Source: Bacteroidota bacterium (GTDB lineage: Bacteria > Bacteroidota > Ignavibacteria > UBA10030 > JAHEZR01). Taken from it: 64,000 nucleotides of DNA. The DNA lies in the NCBI GenBank assembly GCA_049589195.1, contig JBAWAH010000048.1:64250-128249 (forward strand), given 5' to 3'. Position 1 is the stretch's first letter; each line of letters begins with the position of its first letter. The translations under genes and the position numbers were made by a program. Positions 46,398 through 55,972 of this stretch are shown here, piece by piece. The notes beneath the pieces are model-generated. The model ran no database searches and was not told where the DNA came from. It saw nothing but the letters and a program-made list of their open reading frames with translations.

Positions 46398-46961
46398 ATG
46401 TTTGGCATCATAGTACTTGTAATTCTAGTGCTCCTGGTTGTTTGGGTGATCGCGAAATACAATTCGCTGATCACGCTTCGAAACCAGGTCAACAACGGAT
46501 GGAAGCAGATCGATGTTCAGCTGAAGCGCCGACACGATCTCATCCCGAATCTCGTCGAGACTGTCAAGGGGTACATGCAATTCGAGCAGGACACGCTCCG
46601 ACAGGTGGTCGAGGCGCGAAATGCCGCGGTCAGCGCAAAAGGTGTTGCAGACTCCGCTGCGAAGGAGGGTGAGCTTACAGCCGCGCTGTCGCGACTCTTC
46701 GCTCTCGTTGAGAACTACCCCAACCTGAAATCAAATGAAAACGTCAAGCAGCTTCAGGAGGAACTGACGAGCACAGAGAACAAAGTGAGCTTCGCGCGGC
46801 AGTTCTACAACGACATCGCGACACAGTTCAATATTGCTCAGCAGGTGTTCCCTGGAAGTATCATCGCCGGGATGTTCGGCTTCAAGGTAGCGGAACTCTT
46901 TGAGGTCACTGTCGCTGCGGAGAGGGAAGTCCCGAAGGTCGATCTCTCGTTGAAGAAGTAA
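46398..46961 (+). CDS. lemA: LemA-family protein
   Basis: Single N-terminal TM, then ...YNSLITLRNQVNNGWKQIDVQLKRRHDLIPNLVETVKGY..FE...L..V..AR..., which is canonical LemA. AAGGAG RBS-like sequence 8 nt upstream of ATG 46398. Confidence 0.85.
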   Translation: MFGIIVLVILVLLVVWVIAKYNSLITLRNQVNNGWKQIDVQLKRRHDLIPNLVETVKGYMQFEQDTLRQVVEARNAAVSAKGVADSAAKEGELTAALSRLFALVENYPNLKSNENVKQLQEELTSTENKVSFARQFYNDIATQFNIAQQVFPGSIIAGMFGFKVAELFEVTVAAEREVPKVDLSLKK

Positions 46962-46962
46962 G

Positions 46963-47964
46963 ATGGACGTCACGAAGTTTCCCAACATCTACGAACAGCA
47001 GAAACGCAATCGCCGCCAGACATTGATTATCATGGCGGCGTTTGTGCTTTTCTTTGGCTTTCTCGGGTACGGCTTCGATGTTTTCTTCTTCGGCGTTGAT
47101 CCGTTTGGCCTAGTCTATGAAGAGGCAACCGGCCTTCCCCTTGGAACCATCGTTGCGCTTATCGTGGGGGCTTTGTTTGCATCGTGGGGCCTTCAGAGCG
47201 GTGCAGTCGCTGTCTTGAATTCATCGCAGGCATACCCGGTGCCTGAGAATGATCCGAGATTCCGACCCTTGATCAACGTCGTCGATGAAATGACGATTGC
47301 ATCAGGGCTCCCAAGGCCCAAGATCTACATTGTTCCTGACCCGGACCCCAACGCGTTCGCGACCGGCAAGGATCCACAGCATTCGTACATCGCAGTGACT
47401 GAAGGACTCGTCGAGAAACTCAACCGCGAGGAATTGCAGGCTGTCATTGCTCATGAGATGAGCCATGTGAAGAACTATGATATTCGGACGATGACGATTG
47501 TTGCGGCACTTGTTGGCGCCATCTTCCTCCTTTCCGACGGCGCTCGCCGGATGATGTGGTTCGGGGGAGGTCGTGGGGGAAGGCGCAGTTCGCGTGGTGG
47601 TGCCAGCGGGCCAATCGCTGCTATCCTCCTTGTTGTCTGGCTGGTCGCCTTGATACTCGCGCCGCTTATCAGTCAGCTGCTTGCGATGGCGGTATCGAGG
47701 CAGCGAGAGTATCTCGCAGATGCGTCGGGCGCAGAACTCACGAGGAATCCGCTTGCCCTCGCAGAAGCGCTTGAGAAGATCGAGTCAGCATCGGAGCCTA
47801 CGCGAGCGATCAAACAAGGCTCTGCACATCTATGCATCGTGGATCCTCTGGGAAGGAAAGCAAATCTCAAAGAAGGCTTCTTTGCAGATGTCTTCGCGAC
47901 ACACCCGCCGATTTCCAAACGTATCACACTCCTCAAGGCGATGGCGTATTCATTCAAGTCGTGA
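46963..47964 (+). CDS. M48-family zinc metalloprotease (HtpX-like), paired with LemA
   Basis: TM helices, HEMSHVKNYD (HExxH) and downstream ...EYLADASGAELT.... The LemA-M48 gene pair is a widely conserved module. Confidence 0.85.
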   Translation: MDVTKFPNIYEQQKRNRRQTLIIMAAFVLFFGFLGYGFDVFFFGVDPFGLVYEEATGLPLGTIVALIVGALFASWGLQSGAVAVLNSSQAYPVPENDPRFRPLINVVDEMTIASGLPRPKIYIVPDPDPNAFATGKDPQHSYIAVTEGLVEKLNREELQAVIAHEMSHVKNYDIRTMTIVAALVGAIFLLSDGARRMMWFGGGRGGRRSSRGGASGPIAAILLVVWLVALILAPLISQLLAMAVSRQREYLADASGAELTRNPLALAEALEKIESASEPTRAIKQGSAHLCIVDPLGRKANLKEGFFADVFATHPPISKRITLLKAMAYSFKS

Positions 47965-48139
47965 GTCCGCATCGCCTCTCATCTCACCAAGCGAGACGAA
48001 GTTATTTCTATGAGAGATTTTCAGCCGATCAATCTGAATTTCTAAAGAGATTCCGACCTGCCATTCTTGTCCCAACTTCCAAGCTCATCTTTTCGATACC
48101 GTCCTAACTTGAGAGGCAAGCTAATTACAGAGTGCAAAA

Positions 48140-48163
48140 GTAGGTCAGACATTCTTGTCTGAC
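48140..48163. repeat. REP-like element: GTAGG + perfect hairpin (gtcagaca / ttct / tgtctgac)
   Basis: Identical 24-nt core to 18534..18557. Both copies are followed within 40 nt by a gacaggcaa motif. Intergenic between the htpX-like gene and the MtaA-like gene. Confidence 0.7.
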
Positions 48164-48316
48164 TTGTTTGACAGGCAAGAATGCCCGTCCCACCAAGAGA
48201 GTTTTTCAAATCAGGACACTACACTACTATCTTTTCTCTGGAATCTTCCTTCAAGTTTCCTTAGATTAAATTCACCCGAGTTCCGTATTTGAAAGACGGT
48301 TTGTTTAGTTAAGCCC

Positions 48317-49354
48317 ATGACTTCATACGAGCGAGTCCTCGCCGTACTCCATGGCCAGGAGCCCGATAGAGTTCCGATTTTCGAGCTTCTCATCGATCCC
48401 ACCGTCATCAAAGCGATTCTCCCCAAAGCCGACTACCCTGATTTTGCAGATTCGATGGAGATCGATGTCGTCGTAACGAACACGCCATCGAAGCTCTATG
48501 AAGAAAAGGTGCTTGATGCAGAACAGCGGATCGTTGTAAACGAATGGGGGATCGTCCGTCAGTACGGAGTCCAGATTGTCTCCATGCCGCTCGAGGGGCC
48601 TATCCAGAGGATTGAGGATTTTGACACGTACAAACCGCCGGATCCCTACGCAGAGCGCAGGTACCGTGAACTTCGCCGGCTTCTCGATCGATTCAAGGGG
48701 AAGAAGCTCGTGGGAATGCACCTCCACGACGGGTTCAACTATCCGTGTTATCTCCGAGGAATGCAGCGGCTCATGATGGATCTCTTTGAGAATCCCGACT
48801 TCGTTCACAAACTCGTCCGGCTCTCTACTGATCACAACACTGCGATTGCCGAGCGAGCAATCGAGCTCGGGGCGGACTTCATCATTCTTGGGGATGACTA
48901 CGGCTCTATCGAGGCGCCTCTGATTTCCCCCAAGCATTTCAGAGAATTCTTCCTTCCGGCCATTCGAGAGATCGTCGAGGCTGTACATGCGAAGGGCGGA
49001 TTCTGTTTGAAACACTGCTGTGGCAACATTAACCTGATTCTCGATGACATGGTGACCACTGGCATTGACGCGTTGCACCCGTTTGATGCGACCGCAGGAA
49101 TGGATCTTGTTGCTGTGAAGAAGAGATTCCCTCGGCTGACCGTCATCGGTGGTGTAGATTGTGGCCCATTGCTCTCGGAGCGTTCCGTTCAGGATGTCGT
49201 CAACGAAGTAAAGCGATTGCTTCAAGCAGCATCGCCGGGCGGGAGGTACATTGTGTCTTCTACAAACACGATTCACAACACCGTTCGGCCGGAAAACTAT
49301 CTTGCTATGCTTTCGACTGTGAAGGAATTCGGTCGATATCCAACTGTCGCATAG
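48317..49354 (+). CDS. uroporphyrinogen-decarboxylase-fold (URO-D/MtaA/CmuA-like) methyltransferase family protein
   Basis: 345 aa with the URO-D family pattern (...RVPIFE..., ...FIILGDDYGS..., ...LKHCCGNINLILDDMVTTGIDALHP...), as in methylcobamide:CoM methyltransferase MtaA-type proteins. Confidence 0.65.
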   Translation: MTSYERVLAVLHGQEPDRVPIFELLIDPTVIKAILPKADYPDFADSMEIDVVVTNTPSKLYEEKVLDAEQRIVVNEWGIVRQYGVQIVSMPLEGPIQRIEDFDTYKPPDPYAERRYRELRRLLDRFKGKKLVGMHLHDGFNYPCYLRGMQRLMMDLFENPDFVHKLVRLSTDHNTAIAERAIELGADFIILGDDYGSIEAPLISPKHFREFFLPAIREIVEAVHAKGGFCLKHCCGNINLILDDMVTTGIDALHPFDATAGMDLVAVKKRFPRLTVIGGVDCGPLLSERSVQDVVNEVKRLLQAASPGGRYIVSSTNTIHNTVRPENYLAMLSTVKEFGRYPTVA

Positions 49355-49389
49355 CGAGGCACTTCAGTTTCATTCCATAAAGACTTTTT

Positions 49390-50778
49390 ATGCAGAACCA
49401 TCGATACACGACACTTTCGATCACTGAACCCCGTGACTTGATGTTCGGAAAATCCCCCAAGTCGATCACATGTGGATTTGAATTGAGTATTGGAGCAGGG
49501 GAGGTCTATCCTGAGATCAACTTTACCCTCCCAATGATGTCCATCGACGAGCGCACATGGCCGGAAGTCCTTGCCCATTATGAAGAGATTGGGACGATGA
49601 TCGAGAATTCTTCAAAGCGGCTCGGACTTCCGGGATTGATGGTTGAGTTCGAGCTTCTCCCCCAGATGACCGAGCACCCGGAGTGGGGAGCGGAGATTAC
49701 AGGCATTCTTCATCGACACCTCGCGCAGGCTCACGACGAGTACGGGTTGAAGGCCGCACTGCGTGTGACAATCACCGACATTCGTGACAACGTTCGGCCC
49801 CCGATACTACGATCAGGCAATGCTTGGGAGGAAATGCTGAGGTCGCTCGAACTCTGTGCCGACGCCGGAGCGGACATTTTCTCCATTGAGTCTGTCGGCG
49901 GCAAGGAGGTGAATGACAAGGCGATGCTCGACGGTGACCTGCAGGGTGTCGTCTTTGCTCTCGGCGTGCTTGCACCACGTGACATGGCCTTCCTCTGGGA
50001 TAATATCTCGAGAGTGGCAGCCGCAAAGGGCGTCATTTCGGGCGGAGATTCTGCCTGTGGATTTGCAAACACAGCAATGCAGCTTGCTGGTCAGCACATG
50101 TTGCCGGAAGTATTTGCTGCTGTCGTGCGTGCTGCGAGTGCAGTGAGGAGCCTTGTTGCGTTTGAGCATGGCGCGATCGGGCCGTCGAAGGATTGTGCCT
50201 ACGAGGGGCCGATTCTCAAAGCGATTACCGGTTGTCCCATTTCGATGGAGGGAAAATCGGCGACCTGTGCACATTTCAGCCCCATAGGCAATGTGAGTGC
50301 AGCAATGTGCGATCTGTGGAGCAACGAGTCGGTGCAGAACATCCGGCTTCTCTCAGGCATGGCGCCTGAGGCGTATCTGGAACTTTTGACCTACGATTGT
50401 CGTCTTTTCAATCAGGCACTCAAGACGCGGAACGAGCGGGCATTGCAGAAGCTTCTTGTAGATTCAGATGCATACTTGAGTCCCCAAGCACTTGTCTTGA
50501 CTCCGGAGTCGACCATCCGAATCGCCAAAGCGATCGTCGAAGGCGGCAATGATTACCGTCGAACCGTCGGGGCTGCAAGAGAAGCTTGGCAGATCCTCGA
50601 TGAAGCAGCACGCGGCGGGAAGTTGAAGCTCTCTCCACAGGAGAGACGCTGGATGGAACGAATGAAGGGTGAGCTTGATCTCCTCCCAAAGGATGAAGAG
50701 GAGTTCATCAGGTCAATGGGCCAGACCTACCGGGAACTCTTTCTTCCTGAAAGCTATGGACTTCCAGTGGTACCATAA
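49390..50778 (+). CDS. MtaB-family (methanol:corrinoid methyltransferase B subunit-like) TIM-barrel protein
   Basis: 462 aa, the same size as MtaB. From recalled MtaB signatures: the N-terminal region ...DLMFGKSPKSITCGFELSIGAGEVYPEINFTLP... resembles the MtaB N-terminus, and conserved Cys/Glu candidates for the Zn site are present (GGDSACGF, SATCAHF). Confidence 0.55.
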   Translation: MQNHRYTTLSITEPRDLMFGKSPKSITCGFELSIGAGEVYPEINFTLPMMSIDERTWPEVLAHYEEIGTMIENSSKRLGLPGLMVEFELLPQMTEHPEWGAEITGILHRHLAQAHDEYGLKAALRVTITDIRDNVRPPILRSGNAWEEMLRSLELCADAGADIFSIESVGGKEVNDKAMLDGDLQGVVFALGVLAPRDMAFLWDNISRVAAAKGVISGGDSACGFANTAMQLAGQHMLPEVFAAVVRAASAVRSLVAFEHGAIGPSKDCAYEGPILKAITGCPISMEGKSATCAHFSPIGNVSAAMCDLWSNESVQNIRLLSGMAPEAYLELLTYDCRLFNQALKTRNERALQKLLVDSDAYLSPQALVLTPESTIRIAKAIVEGGNDYRRTVGAAREAWQILDEAARGGKLKLSPQERRWMERMKGELDLLPKDEEEFIRSMGQTYRELFLPESYGLPVVP

Positions 50779-51533
50779 TGGAACTCTCTTTCCAGGCAGT
50801 GGCGGTAGTTTCGCTTCTCTTTCTGGGAGTGGCCTTTCTCTACTCGTCTGTCGGGCACGGTGGGGCCTCGGGATACTTGGCAGTCCTTTCCTTTTTTGCC
50901 TTTGCCCCAACCTTCATGTCTACCACAGCCCTCATCCTGAACATCCTTGTTTCTGCTACAGCCTTGATTGCTTTTTCAAAGGCAAAGCATCTCGAGCTTG
51001 GCCTGACGTGGCCGTTCGTCGTGACGTCTGTTCCGGCAGCATTCCTTGGCGGTGTGGCTCCAGTTTCTCCCCGCACTTATCAGCTCATTCTCGCTGTCGT
51101 TCTCTTGATTGCAGGGCTGCGGTTCCTGCTGGAGATTCGATCTTCGAAAGATGAATCGGTGTTGAGGATCCCCTCACTCCTGATTTCACTTCCAGTCGGA
51201 GCTCTCGTAGGCTTCGTTTCAGGACTTGTGGGAGTTGGCGGCGGTATTTTCTTGAGTCCGTTAATTCTCATGATGCGCTGGGCAGATGCGAAGCGAACAG
51301 CCGCGACATCCGCGGGGTTCATTCTCGTGAATTCCATCTCAGGAGTCTTTGGGCGGGTCACTGCGGGGACGTTTGCTCCGGGACCTCTCCTCCCTTTCCT
51401 CATTGCTGCGTTCATTGGAGGACTGCTGGGTTCGCACTTCGGTGCGGTGCGATATTCCGGCAAGACGATTCGGCGGCTTCTTGGAGTAGTTCTCTTGGTT
51501 GCATCGGCAAAGTTGTTTCTCGCCCAGATTTGA
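50778..51533 (+). CDS. TSUP-family (TauE/SafE) anion exporter
   Basis: 251 aa, 7-8 TM, internally duplicated 4-TM halves, with ...SVGHGGASGYLAVLSF... and ...VGVGGGIFLSPLIL... motifs. Start overlaps the MtaB-like stop (ATAATGG). Confidence 0.85.
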   Translation: MELSFQAVAVVSLLFLGVAFLYSSVGHGGASGYLAVLSFFAFAPTFMSTTALILNILVSATALIAFSKAKHLELGLTWPFVVTSVPAAFLGGVAPVSPRTYQLILAVVLLIAGLRFLLEIRSSKDESVLRIPSLLISLPVGALVGFVSGLVGVGGGIFLSPLILMMRWADAKRTAATSAGFILVNSISGVFGRVTAGTFAPGPLLPFLIAAFIGGLLGSHFGAVRYSGKTIRRLLGVVLLVASAKLFLAQI

Positions 51534-51596
51534 TTTCCGCTTGATGGACACTGCGGGTCATTAGACTTTTTCCTCGGTTCTGCCTAACTTTTCACA

Positions 51597-52532
51597 ATGA
51601 TGTCAACAATAACGCAAAGCGTGCTTGTTGCAGATCGCCTGACTAAGAAGTACGAAGATCTCCTTGCAGTCGACGAGATCTCTTTTGAAGTGCGGAGGGG
51701 CGAGTGCTTTGGGCTGTTGGGTCCCAACGGTGCAGGGAAGACCACAACGATGAAGATGGTCTATGCCGTTTCGCCCATCACGGCAGGCCGCTTAACCGTC
51801 CTAGGCTTCGATGTCCTAACACACCCTCGAGAAGTAAAGAGGCGGCTGGGAGTGGCCCCGCAGGAGTATAATCTTGACCCCGACTTCACAGTGCTAGAGA
51901 ATCTCCTGAATCACGCGCGTTATTTTCGGATTCCAAAGGCAGAAGGGCGTCGGCGAGCTCTCGAGCTTCTTGAGTTCTTCAAGCTTACCGAAAAGAAGGA
52001 TTCTGTCGTAGAACACATCTCTGGCGGGATGAAGAGGAGGTTAATTCTGGCTCGTGCTCTCATCAACGAGCCTGAAGCACTCGTGTTAGATGAACCTACG
52101 ACAGGCTTAGATCCGCAGGCACGACACCTCATTTGGGAAAAGCTCATCGATCTCAAAAGCAGGGGCATCACGGTCCTGCTGACTACGCACTACATGGAAG
52201 AGGCTGAGTATTTATGCGACCGATTGGTCATTCTCGATCAGGGCAAGATCTTGGCCGAAGGACAACCGCGAGCACTCATTCAGAACATCATTGGTGAGGA
52301 GATCTTAGAACTGGTGCCATCTGACATGGAGAGTGCGCTAACGATTTTGAAAGCTAACCCGAAGGCAGCGCGATATCAGATCGTCGGGAGAAAGCTTGAA
52401 GTATTCGCCGAGGATCCCAAGAGTTTGGTTCCAGAACTTATGGGCCAATTGAATTTGGAGAATTTTTCCTTGCGTCGAGCTACACTGGAGGACGTTTTTC
52501 TCCATTTGACAGGAAGAGAATTGAGAGAATGA
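51597..52532 (+). CDS. ABC transporter ATP-binding protein (ABC-2/NodI-type exporter ATPase)
   Basis: Walker A GPNGAGKTT, signature ISGGMKRRL, Walker B LVLDEPTTGLD, H-loop. Confidence 0.9.
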   Translation: MMSTITQSVLVADRLTKKYEDLLAVDEISFEVRRGECFGLLGPNGAGKTTTMKMVYAVSPITAGRLTVLGFDVLTHPREVKRRLGVAPQEYNLDPDFTVLENLLNHARYFRIPKAEGRRRALELLEFFKLTEKKDSVVEHISGGMKRRLILARALINEPEALVLDEPTTGLDPQARHLIWEKLIDLKSRGITVLLTTHYMEEAEYLCDRLVILDQGKILAEGQPRALIQNIIGEEILELVPSDMESALTILKANPKAARYQIVGRKLEVFAEDPKSLVPELMGQLNLENFSLRRATLEDVFLHLTGRELRE

Positions 52533-53323
52533 GCACGCTGAGAGACTTATCGCGGCTGCCGGTGTTGAGTTCGCTCTGTTGGACAGTGTGGCAGCGAGAC
52601 ATGGATGTTTACAAGAAAACATTCAAAGTCAATATTGTCCCGCCGCTCTTGGAGCCCATCCTCTATTTGGTGGCACTCGGTTTTGGCTTGGGGATCTTCA
52701 TTAAGGAAATTGACGGGGTTCCATATACACGGTTCATCGCGCCAGGTCTCTTCTCGATCACGACAATGTACGCTGCATTCTTCGAGTGCACATACGCCTC
52801 CTACGTGCGAATGTACTATCAGAAGACCTTCGATGCTATCATCGCAACGCCTGTGAACATCGACGAGGTCGTGGCTGGTGAGATCCTTGCAGGAGCGACG
52901 AAGGCATTCATCAACGGCGGGATTGTGCTTGGGGTGATCCTTGCTTTTGGCTTGGTAGACCTACGGTATGCCGCCATCTTGCTGCCTCTTGGATTTGTTG
53001 CCGGACTTGTTTTTGCGTCCGTCGGTTTGATTTGCACAGCTGTCGTGCCGTCGATTGACTCTTTCAACTATCCGATTTTTCTGTTCATCACGCCGATGTT
53101 CTTGTTCAGCGGAACGTTCTTTCCTATGTCCATCTTACCAGAAGGCCTAAAGGTATTAGGGTACGCTCTCCTGCCCCTGACGCACGTCGTCAGGATTGCA
53201 CGAGGCCTGACGCTCGGCGCGCCAGAAGGTAGTCTGCTTCTTAGTTTCCTCTGGATGCTGGTAGTCTCAGCCATAACATTTATCCTGGCGATCAATCTGA
53301 TGAGGAGGCGATTAATCCAATGA
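52529..53323 (+). CDS. ABC-2 type transporter permease (NodJ-like)
   Basis: Six TM helices in the ABC-2 permease pattern. Translationally coupled to the ATPase gene (4-nt overlap). Confidence 0.85.
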   Translation: MSTLRDLSRLPVLSSLCWTVWQRDMDVYKKTFKVNIVPPLLEPILYLVALGFGLGIFIKEIDGVPYTRFIAPGLFSITTMYAAFFECTYASYVRMYYQKTFDAIIATPVNIDEVVAGEILAGATKAFINGGIVLGVILAFGLVDLRYAAILLPLGFVAGLVFASVGLICTAVVPSIDSFNYPIFLFITPMFLFSGTFFPMSILPEGLKVLGYALLPLTHVVRIARGLTLGAPEGSLLLSFLWMLVVSAITFILAINLMRRRLIQ

Positions 53324-53823
53324 AAGCCGCCACCAGACGCTTTCGTGCTTCCGACCGAATTCTCGTTCGTCGTGCGAAACCTGCCGACGCAGCCATCATC
53401 GCTCGTTTCAATGCTGCCATCGGAACGGAGACCGAAGGAATCCTGTTGGACAGGAGGCGACTGCACAGAGGTGTCGAAGCCATCCTCCGTGACCCGATGA
53501 AGGGTTTCTATCTTTTGGCTGAGGTTGATGGAAAGATAGCGGGCCAGATGATGATTACTCGGGAGTGGAGTGACTGGCGGAACGGACACTTCTGGTGGAT
53601 TCAGAGCGTGTATGTTCTGCCAGCGTACCGCAGGCGCGGTGTGTATCGTGCGCTCCACGAGAGCGTTGTTGCTCTTGGACGGAGGAGAAAAGATGTCTGT
53701 GGGATTCGGCTGTATGTTGACCATCACAACCTATCCGCGCAAAAGGTCTACAAAAAGCTGGGCATGAAGAGATCGAACTACGAAATGTTCGAACAGGATT
53801 TTGTCCTGCGCAGGGACGAGTAG
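53320..53823 (+). CDS. GNAT-family N-acetyltransferase
   Basis: ...WWIQSVYVLPAYRRRGVYRALHESVV... is the acetyl-CoA binding motif A (Q/RxxGxG/A-like) of GNAT enzymes. Confidence 0.75.
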   Translation: MKAATRRFRASDRILVRRAKPADAAIIARFNAAIGTETEGILLDRRRLHRGVEAILRDPMKGFYLLAEVDGKIAGQMMITREWSDWRNGHFWWIQSVYVLPAYRRRGVYRALHESVVALGRRRKDVCGIRLYVDHHNLSAQKVYKKLGMKRSNYEMFEQDFVLRRDE

Positions 53824-55972
53824 CTCGGATGGTGCAAGCTTGAACGAACTCAACCGACCACGAACCTCGACGTTTTTTGTTGAAGGCATGTGCTGTGCCG
53901 ATGAGGAGTTCACCATCCGAAAGAAGCTCGGTTCCCTCGACGGGGTCGATTCGTGCGCCTTCAATCTCGTGGCCCAGAAGCTGACAGTAACACATCGGGC
54001 TGGCGACGAACAAATCATGAAAGCACTTCGGAGTGTCGGCTTCAAGCCACGGATTGCGTCGGTGGCGCTGCAAGTCCCTGGGAGAAGAAGAAGTCATGCA
54101 CAGCTCTATTCGACCATAATTTCAGGCCTTTTGACTCTGCTTGGGGGAGTCCTTCTTTACCTGAAGGTTTCACCCGCTGTCACGGAGGCATTGTTCGCGG
54201 TTGCTATTCTGTTGTGTGGATGGCGGATTGGGCTAAAGGGCTTAAGAGCGGTCCGGACTTTTGCCTTCGACATGAACTTCCTGATGACTCTTGCCGTCGT
54301 TGGTGCATTGGCGATCGGCCGTTGGGAAGAAGCCGCAGTTGTCACTGTCTTGTTTGCCTTTGCACTTCAGCTCGAATCATACAGCATGGAGAAGACGAGG
54401 AATGCCATTGGCTCATTAATGGAACTCTCTCCGCTGACCGCCCGTGTCAGACGCAACAACAGCGAGATTGAAGAACCGCTGGACAAGGTTTCAGTTGGCG
54501 AGAACGTCCTCATCAAGCCGGGCGAGCGCATTCCACTTGACGGGGAAGTCATATCAGGGAGTTCGTATGTGAACCAGGCGCCGATCACGGGCGAATCTGT
54601 TCCCGTCGAGCGCGGGATTGGCGCGCAGGTGTTCGCAGGCTCGATCAATGGGAAGGGATCCCTGGTCATTAGGGTCACGAAGCTCGCTCAGGATACGACG
54701 CTCGCACACATCATTCACCTGATCGAAGAAGCGCAGAGCCGACGCGCTCCATCCCAGAGCTTCGTCGATCGCTTCTCGAGGATTTACACCCCTGCCGTCA
54801 TCGGGATCGCGGTCGTGCTCTCGCTGATCCCTCCATTGCTTTTTGCACAACCTTTTGAGGTGTGGTTCTATCGATCCCTCGTCCTCCTTGTAATCGCATG
54901 TCCGTGTGCGCTCGTTCTTTCAACGCCGGTAACGATTGTGAGTGGTCTCACGAACGCTGCCAGGAATGGCATCCTGATCAAAGGGGGAGCGCACTTGGAG
55001 AATGCTGGGGCCCTCAAAGTCCTCGCCTTCGACAAAACAGGGACCTTGACGCTCGGCGTTCCAGCAGTGACAGACGTGATTCCGCTCGACGCCCTTTCGA
55101 GGAGCGAAATTGTCGCCCTTGCCGCTGCTATGGAGTCACACTCAGAGCATCTTCTCGGCGACGCCATCATTCGTTATGCGAAGCAACACGACATCTCCTA
55201 CGCCGAGATTGAGTTGCAGCGGTTCGAATCACTGACCGGGAAGGGAATTCGCGCCTCTCTCAACGGAAAGACATTCTACATAGGAAATCACACGTTGGCA
55301 GAAGAACAGGGAATCTGCTCACCCGTCGTTGAAGAGAAGCTCCACGAGCTGGAGCAAGGTGGGAAGACGACGATCATCCTTGGGACGCAGACGGAAGCAC
55401 TAGGAATTCTTGCCATCGCTGATGAGATTCGAGAAGAGAGCAAAGGTGCGATCAGAACGCTCCACGAAAATGGTATCGGCAAAGTCGTGATGCTCACGGG
55501 GGATAATCGCGGGACCGCGAGGACAATTGCTGGTCAGCTCGGAATCGACGAGTACCATGCAGAGTTGTCACCGGAAGAGAAGGTCAGTGTGATTCAGTCC
55601 CTGCGCGTACAAGCTGGGAATGTCGGGATGGTCGGAGATGGAATCAACGATGCTCCAGCGCTTGCTGCTTCTTCCGTCGGGATAGCAATGGGGACAGCGG
55701 GCTCCGATACAGCACTTGAAACAGCAGACATCGCACTGATGAGTGACGATCTCTCAAAGCTCTCATACACAATATCTCTCAGTCGGCAGACGCTCAGAGT
55801 CATCAAGCAGAATATCGCCCTCTCTCTGGTCATCAAGCTTGTGTTTTTGGCGCTTGCAATTCCTGGCTTGGCTACCCTCTGGATGGCTATTGCCGCTGAT
55901 GAAGGTGCAAGTTTGCTCGTCATCTTCAACGCGATGCGCATCCTGAGAATGGAGGATCGCAGAAAGGGTTGA
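53801..55972 (+). CDS. heavy-metal translocating P1B-type ATPase (Zn2+/Cd2+/Pb2+ CPC type)
   Basis: N-terminal HMA-like domain, TM CPC motif (IACPCALVLSTPV), DKTGTLT phosphorylation site, GDGINDAPAL hinge. The N-terminal metal site reads GMCCADEE (CCxxE variant) rather than GMxCxxC. Confidence 0.9.
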   Translation: MSCAGTSSSDGASLNELNRPRTSTFFVEGMCCADEEFTIRKKLGSLDGVDSCAFNLVAQKLTVTHRAGDEQIMKALRSVGFKPRIASVALQVPGRRRSHAQLYSTIISGLLTLLGGVLLYLKVSPAVTEALFAVAILLCGWRIGLKGLRAVRTFAFDMNFLMTLAVVGALAIGRWEEAAVVTVLFAFALQLESYSMEKTRNAIGSLMELSPLTARVRRNNSEIEEPLDKVSVGENVLIKPGERIPLDGEVISGSSYVNQAPITGESVPVERGIGAQVFAGSINGKGSLVIRVTKLAQDTTLAHIIHLIEEAQSRRAPSQSFVDRFSRIYTPAVIGIAVVLSLIPPLLFAQPFEVWFYRSLVLLVIACPCALVLSTPVTIVSGLTNAARNGILIKGGAHLENAGALKVLAFDKTGTLTLGVPAVTDVIPLDALSRSEIVALAAAMESHSEHLLGDAIIRYAKQHDISYAEIELQRFESLTGKGIRASLNGKTFYIGNHTLAEEQGICSPVVEEKLHELEQGGKTTIILGTQTEALGILAIADEIREESKGAIRTLHENGIGKVVMLTGDNRGTARTIAGQLGIDEYHAELSPEEKVSVIQSLRVQAGNVGMVGDGINDAPALAASSVGIAMGTAGSDTALETADIALMSDDLSKLSYTISLSRQTLRVIKQNIALSLVIKLVFLALAIPGLATLWMAIAADEGASLLVIFNAMRILRMEDRRKG

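Noticed and set aside
48323-49276. 317-aa minus-strand ORF
   Set aside because: Antisense to the URO-D/MtaA-like gene and has no recognisable motifs.
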